This document shows, in pieces, positions 45,311 through 55,891 of a stretch of 64,000 nt of DNA. Source of the stretch: Deinococcales bacterium (lineage in GTDB: Bacteria; Deinococcota; Deinococci; Deinococcales; JAAFIG01); contig JAYWGM010000032.1 in NCBI GenBank assembly GCA_043778225.1, positions 32,001 through 96,000 on the forward strand. The letters run 5' to 3'. The notes beneath the pieces were generated by a model. The model saw only the letters and a program-made list of their open reading frames with translations, had not been told where the DNA came from and searched no databases. Both the position numbers and the translations under genes were made by a program. The first letter of the stretch is position 1, and every line of letters starts with the position of its first letter.

Positions 45311-46563
45311 TTTGCCCCAAGAAGCTCGAGCGCTTTCTCGAGTTGAACATCGCGCCCAGTTGCAAGGGCTGCCAAGTCTTCTGGCACAACCACATCTGGG
45401 GTGATTGCCATTGGGAATGGCGTTTTATCGAGGTTCAGCATTCGGTAAGCCGAGATTTGAATAATTTCATCGTTAATCAGTTGCGCCAGTGCGCTACCAC
45501 TGACCCCATTCTGACCACTGGTGGTCACGCCAACCACTTGAGCGCGTCCGACCCGTTGTAAAAAGTACGCCAACATCTCCGAAGAATTCTCGGTGACTTG
45601 ATTGACCAGAATCACGACTTTACCAGTGTACTGAACTGGGCTGGCGGCTTGGGCAACATCTTGAGCTTGCCCGCCTTCGGGTTGACCACGCACCAAAGCA
45701 CCGTTGCGCTCGAGAAAGTAACTGCTGTCTTGACCCGCAAAGCGCTGGTCGTAAATAAAGCCACCTTCTTTAATAAATGCACCAGCCGCCAACAGGGCTT
45801 CGGAATCAAAACCACTAAACGAATCGCGCAAATCAATAACCACGCCAGCCGCATTGTCGCGCACGGCTCTGGTCACATTGGCATGAACCCTTGTACCAAT
45901 GCTGCCATACAAATGCGGAATCCGAATCATCAGGGCTTTACCAACGCTGCTGCGGTATGGCGCACGTGGGTCATTGACCAAAATCGGTGTGACTGAAGCG
46001 GTTTTGCTTGCACCAGCAACAGTGTACTCGAGCGCCAAGGCTTTACCACTGGCTTCGGCAGTTTTTAAGGCTGCCAGCGTGGCGGCTGCGCCATTGATGG
46101 TTTTAATCAGATTGCCTCGGGTTAAATCAGCATTAAAAGCTGGTTCGCCCGGAAATGCCTCAAGAACCACTAAACCCTGTCCGGGCAGTTCTCGAGCCTG
46201 AATGCCGATGGTCGGGGTACTAGGTCCTTTGCCATCCACATAGCGGTCAGAGGTGTCTGAATCGTCCACACTGACCAGTTTGGTAAATGGGTCATTGAGG
46301 TTTTTCATGTAGCCAACAATCACTTCTCTGCCTTTTTCGTAACCGCATTTGGTATCGCCAGCACAGAGTTTTTGTACATCTGCCAGCATCGTTTTTTGCA
46401 ACTCGCGCCAGTATGGCACTTTGGCGGGTCCGTTGTAATAAAAGCCGATATAGAAACTGGCTTGTTTGACCAAATCCTCGGCGGGCGTGGTTTTGACTTG
46501 GGCTTGGGCAATTCCCAAGCTCGAGGCGGCGATGGCTAAAGCAATAAGCAATGGTTTTTTCAT
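45307..46563 (-). CDS. S41 family peptidase, divergent (paralog 1)
   Basis: LNDPFT, IDLRDSFSG, TENSSE, ITPDVVV. Confidence 0.82.
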   Translation of the reverse strand: MKKPLLIALAIAASSLGIAQAQVKTTPAEDLVKQASFYIGFYYNGPAKVPYWRELQKTMLADVQKLCAGDTKCGYEKGREVIVGYMKNLNDPFTKLVSVDDSDTSDRYVDGKGPSTPTIGIQARELPGQGLVVLEAFPGEPAFNADLTRGNLIKTINGAAATLAALKTAEASGKALALEYTVAGASKTASVTPILVNDPRAPYRSSVGKALMIRIPHLYGSIGTRVHANVTRAVRDNAAGVVIDLRDSFSGFDSEALLAAGAFIKEGGFIYDQRFAGQDSSYFLERNGALVRGQPEGGQAQDVAQAASPVQYTGKVVILVNQVTENSSEMLAYFLQRVGRAQVVGVTTSGQNGVSGSALAQLINDEIIQISAYRMLNLDKTPFPMAITPDVVVPEDLAALATGRDVQLEKALELLGAK

Positions 46564-46712
46564 GCGTTTCTCCTCAAAGGGTATATTTGAACATCTTAGA
46601 ATACTGCTTTTGATGTGTTCTCGAGTAGTTCGTGGCTTTCAGTTTTTCTTTAGGTTATTGCCATAGAATTGTCATATTGACCTGCGCCGATAAAAGACGC
46701 ATACTCGAAAAG

Positions 46713-46859
46713 ATGATTGAAACAACGACCGAAAATACAGACAAGCTCAAGCAAGAGACCATCACCGCACAATTGAACGATGTCTACAGCCAAATAGACA
46801 GTGCATGACCTCCAGAAATTGCCGAACTTGGTTTTGAAATCCTACATCGCGCTGATTGA
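46713..46859 (+). pseudogene. Antitoxin-like relic with in-frame TGA at 46806
   Basis: ITAQLNDVYSQIDSA*PPEIAELGFEILHRAD* resembles ChpI-type antitoxin tails; TTGACC-17-CATACT-7nt-ATG promoter. Confidence 0.5.
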
Positions 46860-47027
46860 TTACCAAATGGCATTCTCGAGTCCATCGCCATTCTCGAGGT
46901 CATCATAGACCAATCGCCCATCAGCTTGAGCCACGGCAATTTCGCCGTAACCATAAATCATCTCGAGTTCTTGGCTCTCATTCTCGAGACGCACAGTAGT
47001 GTCAGTAGCTTTTGCGCTCTGATTCAT
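46860..47027 (-). CDS. 55-aa acidic protein missed by the ORF track (antitoxin-like)
   Basis: MNQSAK...YDDLENGDGLENAIW; TACAAT 7 nt before ATG. Confidence 0.5.
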   Translation of the reverse strand: MNQSAKATDTTVRLENESQELEMIYGYGEIAVAQADGRLVYDDLENGDGLENAIW

Positions 47028-47051
47028 AGCATCAATTGTAACATAAGCTCA

Positions 47052-47068
47052 TTCTGCTATTGACAGAA
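47052..47068. promoter_or_regulatory. RDRM-like (DdrO-binding) 17-bp palindrome overlapping TTGACA upstream of uvrB
   Basis: TTCTGCTATTGACAGAA. Confidence 0.7.
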
Positions 47069-47126
47069 AATACACTTATGCTCGAGAATAGACAAAATAA
47101 CCTCGGGACTCGAGGCGGAGGTTTTC

Positions 47127-50100
47127 ATGGATCAACGTTTTAAGCTCGAATCGGCATTTACCGCCAAAGGCGACCAGCCCAAAGCCATTGCCCAGATGGT
47201 GGATGGAATCGAGAGTGGCTTTCGGTTTCAGACATTATTGGGAGCAACTGGGACCGGAAAAAGTGTGGCGTGGGATGAACCTGTAACGATTCATTTGGGT
47301 GCAGACCAGTATTTTTTTGGTAAAATTGGAGAGCTAATAGACCACGCCCTTGGTGCAGACCAAAATACCGAGCATCTTGAAATGCCACCACCAGGAATGT
47401 GGCGTGTTTTAGCTTGGGACACAACCAATGGTCAGCATTCTTGGCAACCCATCACCGCCATTAGCCGACATCAAAGCCCCGAAGAACTGCACCAATTGGT
47501 CACAAGTTGTGGGCGTTCTGTGACCGTCACATCTGACCATAGTGTTTGGGTTTTACGGAGCGGCAAACTTCAATTGGTTTCTGGGGATTCAGTTGACAAG
47601 GGAGATGCCCTACCAATTCCAGACTTTGTGCCAGAACCACAGTTCCCCCTTCTCGAGCTTAATTTACTCGATATTCTGACCGACCAAAACTCGAGTGCTG
47701 CCGTGGATGTCAGTGCTGGTTTTAGACATCCGCTTTTTCGAGAAACCCTCGAGCCTTTGGTTAAAGCCAAAGCCTACGCGATAGAACGTGGCATTCGTGG
47801 ACGTTGGGTACGCCCAAGTTCAGCCGTGGCGCTGCTCGAGAAGGGTGTTTTGGAACTCGAGCAAATGCGTTTGCATGGTAAGCGTTATTCAATGCCAATG
47901 ACCTTATCAATCACAACCGAACTGATGTTTGTTTTTGGGCAGTATGTTGCTGAGGGTCATGGGGCAGCACGGTTTGCCTTGATTTCAACTCGAGAACTAG
48001 AAATCCAGAATGAACTCGAGTGTTGCTTACAGGCTGTTGGGATTCATTTTTTTCGCCGTCAAGATGGTGATTTTGTGATTGCCGAGAAAATCTGGTCGGA
48101 TTTACTGCATCGGTTTATGGGAAACACGGCTGGGGATAAGCGCTTACCGTATTTCTGGGCTGCTTTGGATAATTCTAAACTAAGTGTTTTATTGCGTGGC
48201 TATTTTGAAGGTGACGGTGGCTTAGACAAAGGCGCAGTCACGGCTGTGACACTTTCTAAAGAACTCAGCAGCGACCTTTGTATAGCTTTACTTAGGTTTG
48301 GTATTTGGGCGCGGCAACGCCAAATCCAGAAGAAAAAACCAAATGGTGAGTATGGTACTTATTGGAAAATAACAATTTCTGGTGCAGATAATCTAGGCTT
48401 ATACCAACAACAGATTGGATTTGCCTCTAAGCGCAAACAACTTGCTTTAACCAATGCCCTAAAAATAGGCAACACCAATGTTGATTTGGTTTTTGGTGTG
48501 GGTCAACGACTCAAATTAGAACGCCAAGCAAAACAATTATTTCAATCACAAATTGCCAAAAAAGCAGGTTGTGTTCGTACCATGATTTCGGCTATTGAAT
48601 GCGGTATTCGCAATCCCTCGAGACAGCTTTTTAACAAATTATGCGATGCTTTGGGGATTACAGATTTGGCATTTAGAGGCTTAGGGAAGCTGAAATGGTC
48701 ACCAGTAGAATCGGTCGAAGTGGTGACTGCCAAAAAACCATTTGTCTATGATTTTAGTGTCGAAGGGTTTGAAACGTTTTTATGCGGACGAGGTGGCTTA
48801 TTTGTCCATAATACTTTTTCGGTGGCGCAAACAATACAAGAACTTCAGCGCCCAGCTTTAATTATTGCACCCAATAAAATTTTAACTGCCCAATTGGCTG
48901 GCGAGTTCAAAGAATTCTTCCCGCATAATGCGGTCGAGTTCTTTGTTTCGTATTACGATTATTATCAACCAGAAGCCTATGTTCCGGGCAAAGATTTATT
49001 TATCGAAAAAGATTCTGCCGTCAACCAAGAAATCGAGCGCTTACGCCACAGCACCACCCGCAGTTTACTGACCCGCCGCGATGTGATTGTGGTTGCCAGT
49101 GTTTCCTGTATTTATGGCTTGGGCAACCCAGAAGCCTATAAAAAAATGAATTTGTACCTCGAGAAAGGTAAACCGATTGCACGAGACGCGATTCTCGAGC
49201 GGCTGGTCGAAATTCAGTACGAGCGCAATGATATAGAACTGATGCCCGGGCGTTTTCGTGCCAAAGGCGATACCCTAGAAATTTGGTGCAGCTACGACGA
49301 ACACCCAATGCGCCTACAACTCTGGGGTGATGACCTCGAGCAGATTCAAGTCGTAAATTTACTGACCGGCGAAATTTTGCAGGATTTAGACAGCACTGTC
49401 GTTTATCCAGCCAAGCATTATGTGACCGAACAGGGCAATATAGATGCAGGAATTGTGGGCATCGAAGCCGAACTGGCAAGCCAACTCGAGTATTTTAACA
49501 GTGTTGGTAAACTGCTCGAGGCGCAACGGATTAAGGAACGCACGCTTTATGACCTCGAGATGATGCGGGTGCTTGGTTACTGTTCGGGCATCGAGAATTA
49601 CTCGAGACACATTGACGGTCGCGCCCCGGGCGAAAAACCGTATACGCTGCTCGATTATTTCCCTGATGATTTTATTACTTTTCTGGACGAATCCCATATT
49701 TCGCACAGCCAAATCGGTGGGATGTACAAAGGCGATTATGCTCGCAAAAAAACCTTATCCGATTATGGGTTTAGGCTGCCAAGTTGTATGGATAACCGCC
49801 CATTAAAGCACGAAGAGTTCTACGATAAAGTTGGGCAAGTCGTCTATGTTTCGGCAACCCCCGGCGAGTACGAGCGCACCATCTCGAGCCAAATTATAGA
49901 CCAAGTGATTCGACCGACCGGCTTAGTTGACCCACAAATTAACTTGCGCCCGACCCTCGGGCAAGTCGAGGATTTATTGGGGCGAATCCGTATCCGAGCC
50001 GCCAAAGACGAGCGGGTTCTGGTCACAACCCTAACCAAACGAATGAGCGAAGACCTGACCGAGTATTTACTGTCGCACAATGTCAAAGCACGGTACTTGC

Positions 50101-50711
50101 ACTCGGAAATAGACACGATGGAGCGCCAAGAAATTATCCGCGATTTACGGCTTGGGCATTTTGATGTGCTGGTGGGCATTAACCTTTTGCGTGAAGGGCT
50201 AGATTTACCAGAAGTCAGCTTGGTGGCAATTTTGGATGCCGATAAGCCGGGCTTTTTACGTTCCGAGCGCAGCTTAATTCAAACCATCGGTCGCGCCGCT
50301 CGCAATGTTGGCGGCGAAGTGATTTTATACGGCGACAGCATCACCCCAGCCATGCAGTACGCCATTTCAGAAACCGACCGCCGCCGAGCCATCCAAACTG
50401 CCTATAACCTTGAACATGACATTACCCCAACCACCATCAGCAAAAGCATTCGTAAAGTCATTCGCGGCGAAGAAAGCCCCGAAACGCCACTCGAGCCAAC
50501 CGACTTGACTTTGAGTAAAGATGACATTTTAAGCGCCATCACCGACTTAGAACTTGATATGTGGCAAGCCAGCGAAGCCATGGATTTTGAAGCCGCCGCC
50601 CGTCTGCGCGACGAAATTCGGCAACTCGAGGCAAAGTTATCGGGTAAAGAGGTTAAAACCGTCAATATGCCCGGAGGGAAGCCCCAGAAACGCTCGAGGG
50701 GGAAGAGATAG
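47127..50711 (+). CDS. uvrB: Excinuclease ABC subunit B (intein-containing precursor)
   Basis: [44 protein letters not shown]-terminal UVR domain. Confidence 0.97.
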   Translation: MDQRFKLESAFTAKGDQPKAIAQMVDGIESGFRFQTLLGATGTGKSVAWDEPVTIHLGADQYFFGKIGELIDHALGADQNTEHLEMPPPGMWRVLAWDTTNGQHSWQPITAISRHQSPEELHQLVTSCGRSVTVTSDHSVWVLRSGKLQLVSGDSVDKGDALPIPDFVPEPQFPLLELNLLDILTDQNSSAAVDVSAGFRHPLFRETLEPLVKAKAYAIERGIRGRWVRPSSAVALLEKGVLELEQMRLHGKRYSMPMTLSITTELMFVFGQYVAEGHGAARFALISTRELEIQNELECCLQAVGIHFFRRQDGDFVIAEKIWSDLLHRFMGNTAGDKRLPYFWAALDNSKLSVLLRGYFEGDGGLDKGAVTAVTLSKELSSDLCIALLRFGIWARQRQIQKKKPNGEYGTYWKITISGADNLGLYQQQIGFASKRKQLALTNALKIGNTNVDLVFGVGQRLKLERQAKQLFQSQIAKKAGCVRTMISAIECGIRNPSRQLFNKLCDALGITDLAFRGLGKLKWSPVESVEVVTAKKPFVYDFSVEGFETFLCGRGGLFVHNTFSVAQTIQELQRPALIIAPNKILTAQLAGEFKEFFPHNAVEFFVSYYDYYQPEAYVPGKDLFIEKDSAVNQEIERLRHSTTRSLLTRRDVIVVASVSCIYGLGNPEAYKKMNLYLEKGKPIARDAILERLVEIQYERNDIELMPGRFRAKGDTLEIWCSYDEHPMRLQLWGDDLEQIQVVNLLTGEILQDLDSTVVYPAKHYVTEQGNIDAGIVGIEAELASQLEYFNSVGKLLEAQRIKERTLYDLEMMRVLGYCSGIENYSRHIDGRAPGEKPYTLLDYFPDDFITFLDESHISHSQIGGMYKGDYARKKTLSDYGFRLPSCMDNRPLKHEEFYDKVGQVVYVSATPGEYERTISSQIIDQVIRPTGLVDPQINLRPTLGQVEDLLGRIRIRAAKDERVLVTTLTKRMSEDLTEYLLSHNVKARYLHSEIDTMERQEIIRDLRLGHFDVLVGINLLREGLDLPEVSLVAILDADKPGFLRSERSLIQTIGRAARNVGGEVILYGDSITPAMQYAISETDRRRAIQTAYNLEHDITPTTISKSIRKVIRGEESPETPLEPTDLTLSKDDILSAITDLELDMWQASEAMDFEAAARLRDEIRQLEAKLSGKEVKTVNMPGGKPQKRSRGKR
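47262..48812 (+). mobile_element. 517-aa intein with LAGLIDADG homing endonuclease and inserted XRE HTH
   Basis: Starts at Ser after Walker A GK; VTSDH block B; YVAEG and YFEGDG motifs; VYDFSV..VHN/T end. Confidence 0.95.
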
Positions 50712-50756
50712 GGTAAAAAGGTAAAAGGGGAGGATGTTTTCCTTCCTTTTTTCTCT

Positions 50757-51182
50757 TCATTCCTCCCAATCACGCACCTGACTTGCTTTTTTCGCCTCGA
50801 GTTTGGCGCGTTTGGCAGTTTGCAATTGTGTCACCAAATCGAGGGTTCGGGCTTTGGCGTTCTCCAAGCTCTCGATTGCCTCAAGCCGTGGTTCTTCCTC
50901 GAGCAGTGCTTTGTAGGTTGCCCAGTTGCTGTCGGTTTCCTCGGGTGGCTTGGGCTTGGCGCTTGGGCGCAACCAGCCAAAATCGGGTTCGGAAGTATCG
51001 AGTTCTCGTTCCTCGAGTTCGGACAAAGCCGCTTGGCGCAATTCTGGGTGCTTCTCGAGAAAACTGTGCAAGGCTTTGGGTTTGACTTCCAAGGCAATTA
51101 AAACACCATCCTCGAGACCGTTTGCATCCAGCACCGCCTCGAGAAAAGCATCTGGGGTCAGGCTCGAGCTTTTACGTTTCAT
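50757..51182 (-). CDS. Hypothetical protein
   Basis: Charged ORF with TATAAT 7 nt before ATG. Confidence 0.65.
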   Translation of the reverse strand: MKRKSSSLTPDAFLEAVLDANGLEDGVLIALEVKPKALHSFLEKHPELRQAALSELEERELDTSEPDFGWLRPSAKPKPPEETDSNWATYKALLEEEPRLEAIESLENAKARTLDLVTQLQTAKRAKLEAKKASQVRDWEE

Positions 51183-51199
51183 GACCAGCATTATAGGAA

Positions 51200-51232
51200 A
51201 AACCCTTTCGGCAAATTGTGCCGAAAAGGGTT
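51200..51232 (-). terminator. Terminator of the DEAD-box helicase gene
   Basis: AACCCTTTCGGCA-AATTG-TGCCGAAAAGGGTT with an A run on the plus-strand left side. Confidence 0.8.
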
Positions 51233-51247
51233 CTTGAAGACTAAAAT

Positions 51248-53125
51248 TTAACGGCGTTCAAAGCGCTTGCCGCGAGCAAATCCGCCTTCACGTGGGGCTG
51301 GCGAGAACTCGCGGCGGCTGGTGTTGCCAGTTGGGCGGTCATCTCGAGCGCCGCTCTGGACAGCTTGAGCGCGGGTTTGGGCGTTGCCTTGTGGGGCAGC
51401 CGCTACGGGATTGCCACGGTCATCACGGTACTTGTAACCACCACTGCGCGGGCTGCTGCTTGTATTTGCATACCCACCACTTTGTGGACGGCTGTTGCCA
51501 CGGTCTTGGCTGTAGCTGTTGTTGCGGTTGTTAAAGCTGTTGCCACGTCCGCCACGGTCATCATAACGGCGTTCGCTGCTTGGGCGCTGTTGTGGTTCGC
51601 TTCGCAATTCGGTCGCCACTTCGATGGTGACATCCTCGAGTGGAGAAAGCGCCAGTAATTTGGTTGCCAAGTCGTTTGGCACATCTACATAAATACCATC
51701 GCCAAACATCTGCATTTTGCCCAAAATTTTACTCGAGATATTTGCGCCTTTGGCAATCATGGCGACCGCTCGAGGGATACTCAGGCGTTGACCGCGAAGT
51801 TCTAAGGTAGTTAAGCCTTCTTCTTCGGTCAGCAAGCTGACTTTTTTCGGAGCGTGGGTCACACCAGCAATCACCGCTAAGGCGCGAGCCAAGGCTTCTG
51901 AACCCATCTCCTCAAGCAAACGGTCGGCTTCGTATTGAAACGGCGAAAGCACTTCGCTTGGAATGCGGTTCAGTTCGTTGGCTGCATGACGGGCAGCCGC
52001 CGTGCGGACTTCGTTGGCACTTGGGGCTTCGAGCGGGATAAACTTGTTGCCAATCACGCGCTCTAAGTTTCGTAGGTCGCGTTCTTCGCGTTGGGTGAAC
52101 AAGACAATCGCTTTACCACTGCGACCAGCCCGACCAGTCCGACCCGAACGATGCACATAGCTTTCGGTGTCGTGTGGAAAATGGTGCTGCACCACCAGTT
52201 CGATGTCTGGAATGTCGATACCACGGGCTGCCACATCGGTTGCCACCAGCACTCGGCTACGACCAGCGCGGAAACCATCCAAAACCCGTTCGCGTTGGCT
52301 CTGGGCAAGATCGCCGTGAATCGCTTCGGCTTCAAAACCACGGTGGATTAACTCTAAAGCCAGTTCGTCGCAATCGCGCTTGGTTTTGGTAAAAATAATG
52401 GCGCGTTCGGGGGCTAAAACGGTCAGCATATCCGCCAAGACTCGGGTGCGGTGGGCGGGTTGGATTTTAATGCTGTGGTGCTGAACGTTGCTTTGCACCG
52501 AAGTGGCATTTTCGACCAAATCTATTTTGGCAGCGTTCTTTTGGTGCTTGGCAGCCAAGCGCTCAACCCAACGCGGCATCGTGGCACTAAAAAGCATGGT
52601 TTGGCGGTCGGTTGGTGCGGTCTCGAGAATTTTTTCGACTTGCTCTTGGAAGCCCATGCTTAGCATCTCGTCAGCTTCGTCCAGCACAACAAACTCGAGT
52701 TCGGAAAGGTTTAAGTTATTGCGATCCAAATGGTCTTGAATCCGACCGGGTGTACCGACAATCACATCCACACCAAAACGAATGGCGCGTTCTTGGGAGG
52801 CATAACTTGTTCCACCGTAAAATTCTTGAACCTCGAGAACGCCCAATTGCTCGAATTCTTTGGCGGTTTGTTTGGCAAGTTCGCGGGTTGGGGCAAGCAC
52901 CAAAGCCCGTGGTAAACGACCCTTGACGCGGCTTGGCGCAAGTTTGGTGACAATTGGCAGGGCAAAGGCTAAGGTTTTACCCGTTCCAGTCCGAGCGCGA
53001 CCTAAAATGTCGCGACCTTCGAGTGAAAACGGCAACGACTCAGCTTGAATCGGGGTAGGGATGGTGATTCCTCGGGCGGCAAGGCTCGAGACGACATCAG
53101 CAGACAACGGATAATCCGTAAACAT
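51248..53125 (-). CDS. DEAD-box RNA helicase with RNA-binding domain and R/G/S-rich tail
   Basis: PTPIQ, GTGKT, PTRELA, DEAD, SAT, HRSGRTGRAG; RBS AAGGA. Confidence 0.95.
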   Translation of the reverse strand: MFTDYPLSADVVSSLAARGITIPTPIQAESLPFSLEGRDILGRARTGTGKTLAFALPIVTKLAPSRVKGRLPRALVLAPTRELAKQTAKEFEQLGVLEVQEFYGGTSYASQERAIRFGVDVIVGTPGRIQDHLDRNNLNLSELEFVVLDEADEMLSMGFQEQVEKILETAPTDRQTMLFSATMPRWVERLAAKHQKNAAKIDLVENATSVQSNVQHHSIKIQPAHRTRVLADMLTVLAPERAIIFTKTKRDCDELALELIHRGFEAEAIHGDLAQSQRERVLDGFRAGRSRVLVATDVAARGIDIPDIELVVQHHFPHDTESYVHRSGRTGRAGRSGKAIVLFTQREERDLRNLERVIGNKFIPLEAPSANEVRTAAARHAANELNRIPSEVLSPFQYEADRLLEEMGSEALARALAVIAGVTHAPKKVSLLTEEEGLTTLELRGQRLSIPRAVAMIAKGANISSKILGKMQMFGDGIYVDVPNDLATKLLALSPLEDVTIEVATELRSEPQQRPSSERRYDDRGGRGNSFNNRNNSYSQDRGNSRPQSGGYANTSSSPRSGGYKYRDDRGNPVAAAPQGNAQTRAQAVQSGARDDRPTGNTSRREFSPAPREGGFARGKRFERR

Positions 53126-53385
53126 GGGGTATTCCTTTCGGGGTCGCAACTAGAGACGTTTCTCGAGAGGATTTCTCTCTAAACAACTCGCTCATTCGCG
53201 CTTAACCCAGAACCATCCCGTGCCTACGCGACCCTACGCACTTTCGTGCGTATCACGCCATCCTCTTGATGGCAACCGTAAAAGTGTATACAAAATGAAA
53301 TGAGAATTATGAATCTAACAATCGAGCAAGGAGGTCGAGGATAAATGCACCAAGTTGGCAGTCGCCTAAAGGCGGTAAAAAAGCA

Positions 53386-54933
53386 TCAAAAATAAAACGA
53401 CACTAAGACATTTGGAGATAAAATCCAGTTGGGGTCAAGACTCTTCTTAACATTCTGCATTTGCCTAATTCCAGCTTCACCGTATAACTGCAACAGCAAA
53501 GCCTGTTTTGTTTGATTTCTACCTACCCCATGCTCTGCCATTGGGCAGCCACCCAGTTGAATAATAATTTCTCCTAGTTTGAGGACAGCTTGTTTGGCAA
53601 TTTCGACATCCTCAAAATGGCGTGGCAGCATATTGGGATGCATATTTCCGTCTGATGCGTGTCCCCAAATTGCATAATCTATGCCCGTAGCATCAAAGAC
53701 TTGTCGGTAAGCCTGCATGGCTTTGCCAAGCTGGGCAAATGGCACAACCATATCCGCGCCAACTTTGGTTATTCTCGGGTCAACTTCGCGCTTGGCTCGA
53801 GCAAAACGTGCATTGATGCCTTCTGGAACAGCTTCGCGTAAGGCAATCATGGCTTTGGCAGCTTTGTGATCTTCGGGTGCGGCGTACAGGCACGTGTTTT
53901 CCAATTGGTGTTGCTCGAGCAAACTAAAAAAATCAGCTAAATCGGTTTCTTGGCTCGACTTGGGCAATTCAATTTGTACCAAAAGCAATGCTTGACAGGT
54001 ACTTGGCTCGAGATAAAAGCCAAGGCGTTGATCACTGCCATCTTGGTGTAGCAGTTCAACACAACGCCCATCCATGTACTCGATGGCACTGACATCAAGT
54101 CCACGTCTTCCAGCGCGTCGCTCAAAAGCCAGTAAGCGAAGGGCAGCCGTGAATTTAAGCGCAGCAAGTTCATTAGGGCAGGGAATAAGCGCCATGGCAA
54201 CTCGAGGACGTGGCGAAATGACTCGAAATTTAGCCGCCACGATGATACCCAATGTCCCTTCTGCCCCTATAAAAAGGTCAATTAAATCCATCTGAGGTGC
54301 AGAAAAGTAGCCTGCCGAAGATTTTTCAACGGCTGGCATGGTGTAACTCGGTACTGGAACGCGCCAGGTTCGCTCGAGATTACTAAATTCAAAGTACCCG
54401 TCAATATGGGCTTGGTACTGTCCACGCTGGATGTCTAAAACATCACCACTGGCTAAAACGACTGTCAGCCCAATGGTTTGATTGCGGATGCTGCCGTACT
54501 TAAAGGTGGTTGCCCCAGCCGCATTGGTCGAAAGCGCTCCACCCACTTGTGCGCCGTCGTAAGTCGGGATTCCAGCTAACCAATACCCGTGGGTATCAAG
54601 AAAGTCTTGTAACACGCGCAAGCTGACCCCCGCCCCAACACAAACCGTATCGTTTTCGAGGGTCATTTCAGAAAAATGCTGCATACTCAGGATGACTTCG
54701 CCAAACGGCGTTGCTCCGCCCGTCACCGACGATTGTGCGCCAATCGGTAAAACACTGGAATGCGTCAAGAGAACTTGAGCCACCCCAGATTCGGAGTGGG
54801 GTCGTACCACCCCAAGGGCAAATCCATTGGGCAGATAACTTGCGTCGCTTAAATATGCACTGGTATCGGAAAGAACCGTCGGGTTTTCGAGATTGCCAAA
54901 TGGCAGACGCAAAAGAACATGGTGGGTTGCCAT
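53386..54933 (-). CDS. FAD-binding oxidoreductase (GlcD/D-lactate dehydrogenase family)
   Basis: GGALSTNAAG, FIGAEGTLGII, GHASDGNMH, AEHGVG, LDPNWILSP. Confidence 0.9.
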   Translation of the reverse strand: MATHHVLLRLPFGNLENPTVLSDTSAYLSDASYLPNGFALGVVRPHSESGVAQVLLTHSSVLPIGAQSSVTGGATPFGEVILSMQHFSEMTLENDTVCVGAGVSLRVLQDFLDTHGYWLAGIPTYDGAQVGGALSTNAAGATTFKYGSIRNQTIGLTVVLASGDVLDIQRGQYQAHIDGYFEFSNLERTWRVPVPSYTMPAVEKSSAGYFSAPQMDLIDLFIGAEGTLGIIVAAKFRVISPRPRVAMALIPCPNELAALKFTAALRLLAFERRAGRRGLDVSAIEYMDGRCVELLHQDGSDQRLGFYLEPSTCQALLLVQIELPKSSQETDLADFFSLLEQHQLENTCLYAAPEDHKAAKAMIALREAVPEGINARFARAKREVDPRITKVGADMVVPFAQLGKAMQAYRQVFDATGIDYAIWGHASDGNMHPNMLPRHFEDVEIAKQAVLKLGEIIIQLGGCPMAEHGVGRNQTKQALLLQLYGEAGIRQMQNVKKSLDPNWILSPNVLVSFYF

Positions 54934-54934
54934 T

Positions 54935-55891
54935 TTAATAGCCTAAATCAGCGTGTTTCATCGTGTTCTCGAGCGGCTGCCCAGCTAAATAACGCTCTAG
55001 GTTGGCACTAAATTCGGCAACCACCCGATGGCGAATCATTGGGCTGCGGTACGAACAATGCGGGCTAATCAACAGGTTGGGGGCATCCCATAATGGACTT
55101 TCTGGCGGCAGTGGTTCGGTTTCAAAAGCATCCAAACAAGCTCCAGCAATTGTGCCTTGATGCAGTGCCTCGAGTAAATCGCTGTCTATAATTAAGCCAC
55201 CTCGAGCCAAATTTACCAAATAAGCTGTTGGTTTCATGGCTTTTAACCTCCCACGATTGATCATGCCTCTGGTTTCAGGGGTCAGTGGGCAAGCCAGCAC
55301 CACATAATCGGCTTGGGCTAAAACATGGTCAAGCTCTTTGGGGGGATAAATTGCCTCAAATTGCGCTGTGGCTCGAGGGTTGCGCTGAACCCCAATTAGG
55401 CGCATTCCAAAACCGATGGCGATACTCGCTAGTCGCTCGCCGATTGCCCCAGCCCCAATCACCGCTAAGGTGCTGTTGTAAAGTTCGCTGTGCATGGGCG
55501 GCGACCACTGGTGCTGAACTTGGGCTTGTTGCAACAAGGCTAAATTCTTGGCATGACCTAGGATTGTGGCAAAAGCAAATTCTGCCATCGGAATGTTCAT
55601 CACGCCTGCTGAGCGACTGACTTTAATTTGTCGCTCCAAAATTTCGGGAACCATGACCCAATCAAAACCAGCTGTGCCAGTGTGAACCCAGTCGAGTTGA
55701 GTAGCGGCTTTAATTAGCTGACTGAGTTGCGATTTTTCCATGCCGCCGTACAGCAGTGCTTTGGCTCGAGAAACGGCATTTGGCAAATCAGCACCACGTT
55801 CTAAACGAATAAATTCAATGTCTGGATAGCGTGCAAAGGTGTCTTGGGTATAGATCGGTTCATACAAATGACTAACAAGAATTGTGGTCAT
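54935..55891 (-). CDS. D-2-hydroxyacid dehydrogenase
   Basis: GAGAIG, PLTPET, NLARG, EPLP, SPH. Confidence 0.92.
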   Translation of the reverse strand: MTTILVSHLYEPIYTQDTFARYPDIEFIRLERGADLPNAVSRAKALLYGGMEKSQLSQLIKAATQLDWVHTGTAGFDWVMVPEILERQIKVSRSAGVMNIPMAEFAFATILGHAKNLALLQQAQVQHQWSPPMHSELYNSTLAVIGAGAIGERLASIAIGFGMRLIGVQRNPRATAQFEAIYPPKELDHVLAQADYVVLACPLTPETRGMINRGRLKAMKPTAYLVNLARGGLIIDSDLLEALHQGTIAGACLDAFETEPLPPESPLWDAPNLLISPHCSYRSPMIRHRVVAEFSANLERYLAGQPLENTMKHADLGY

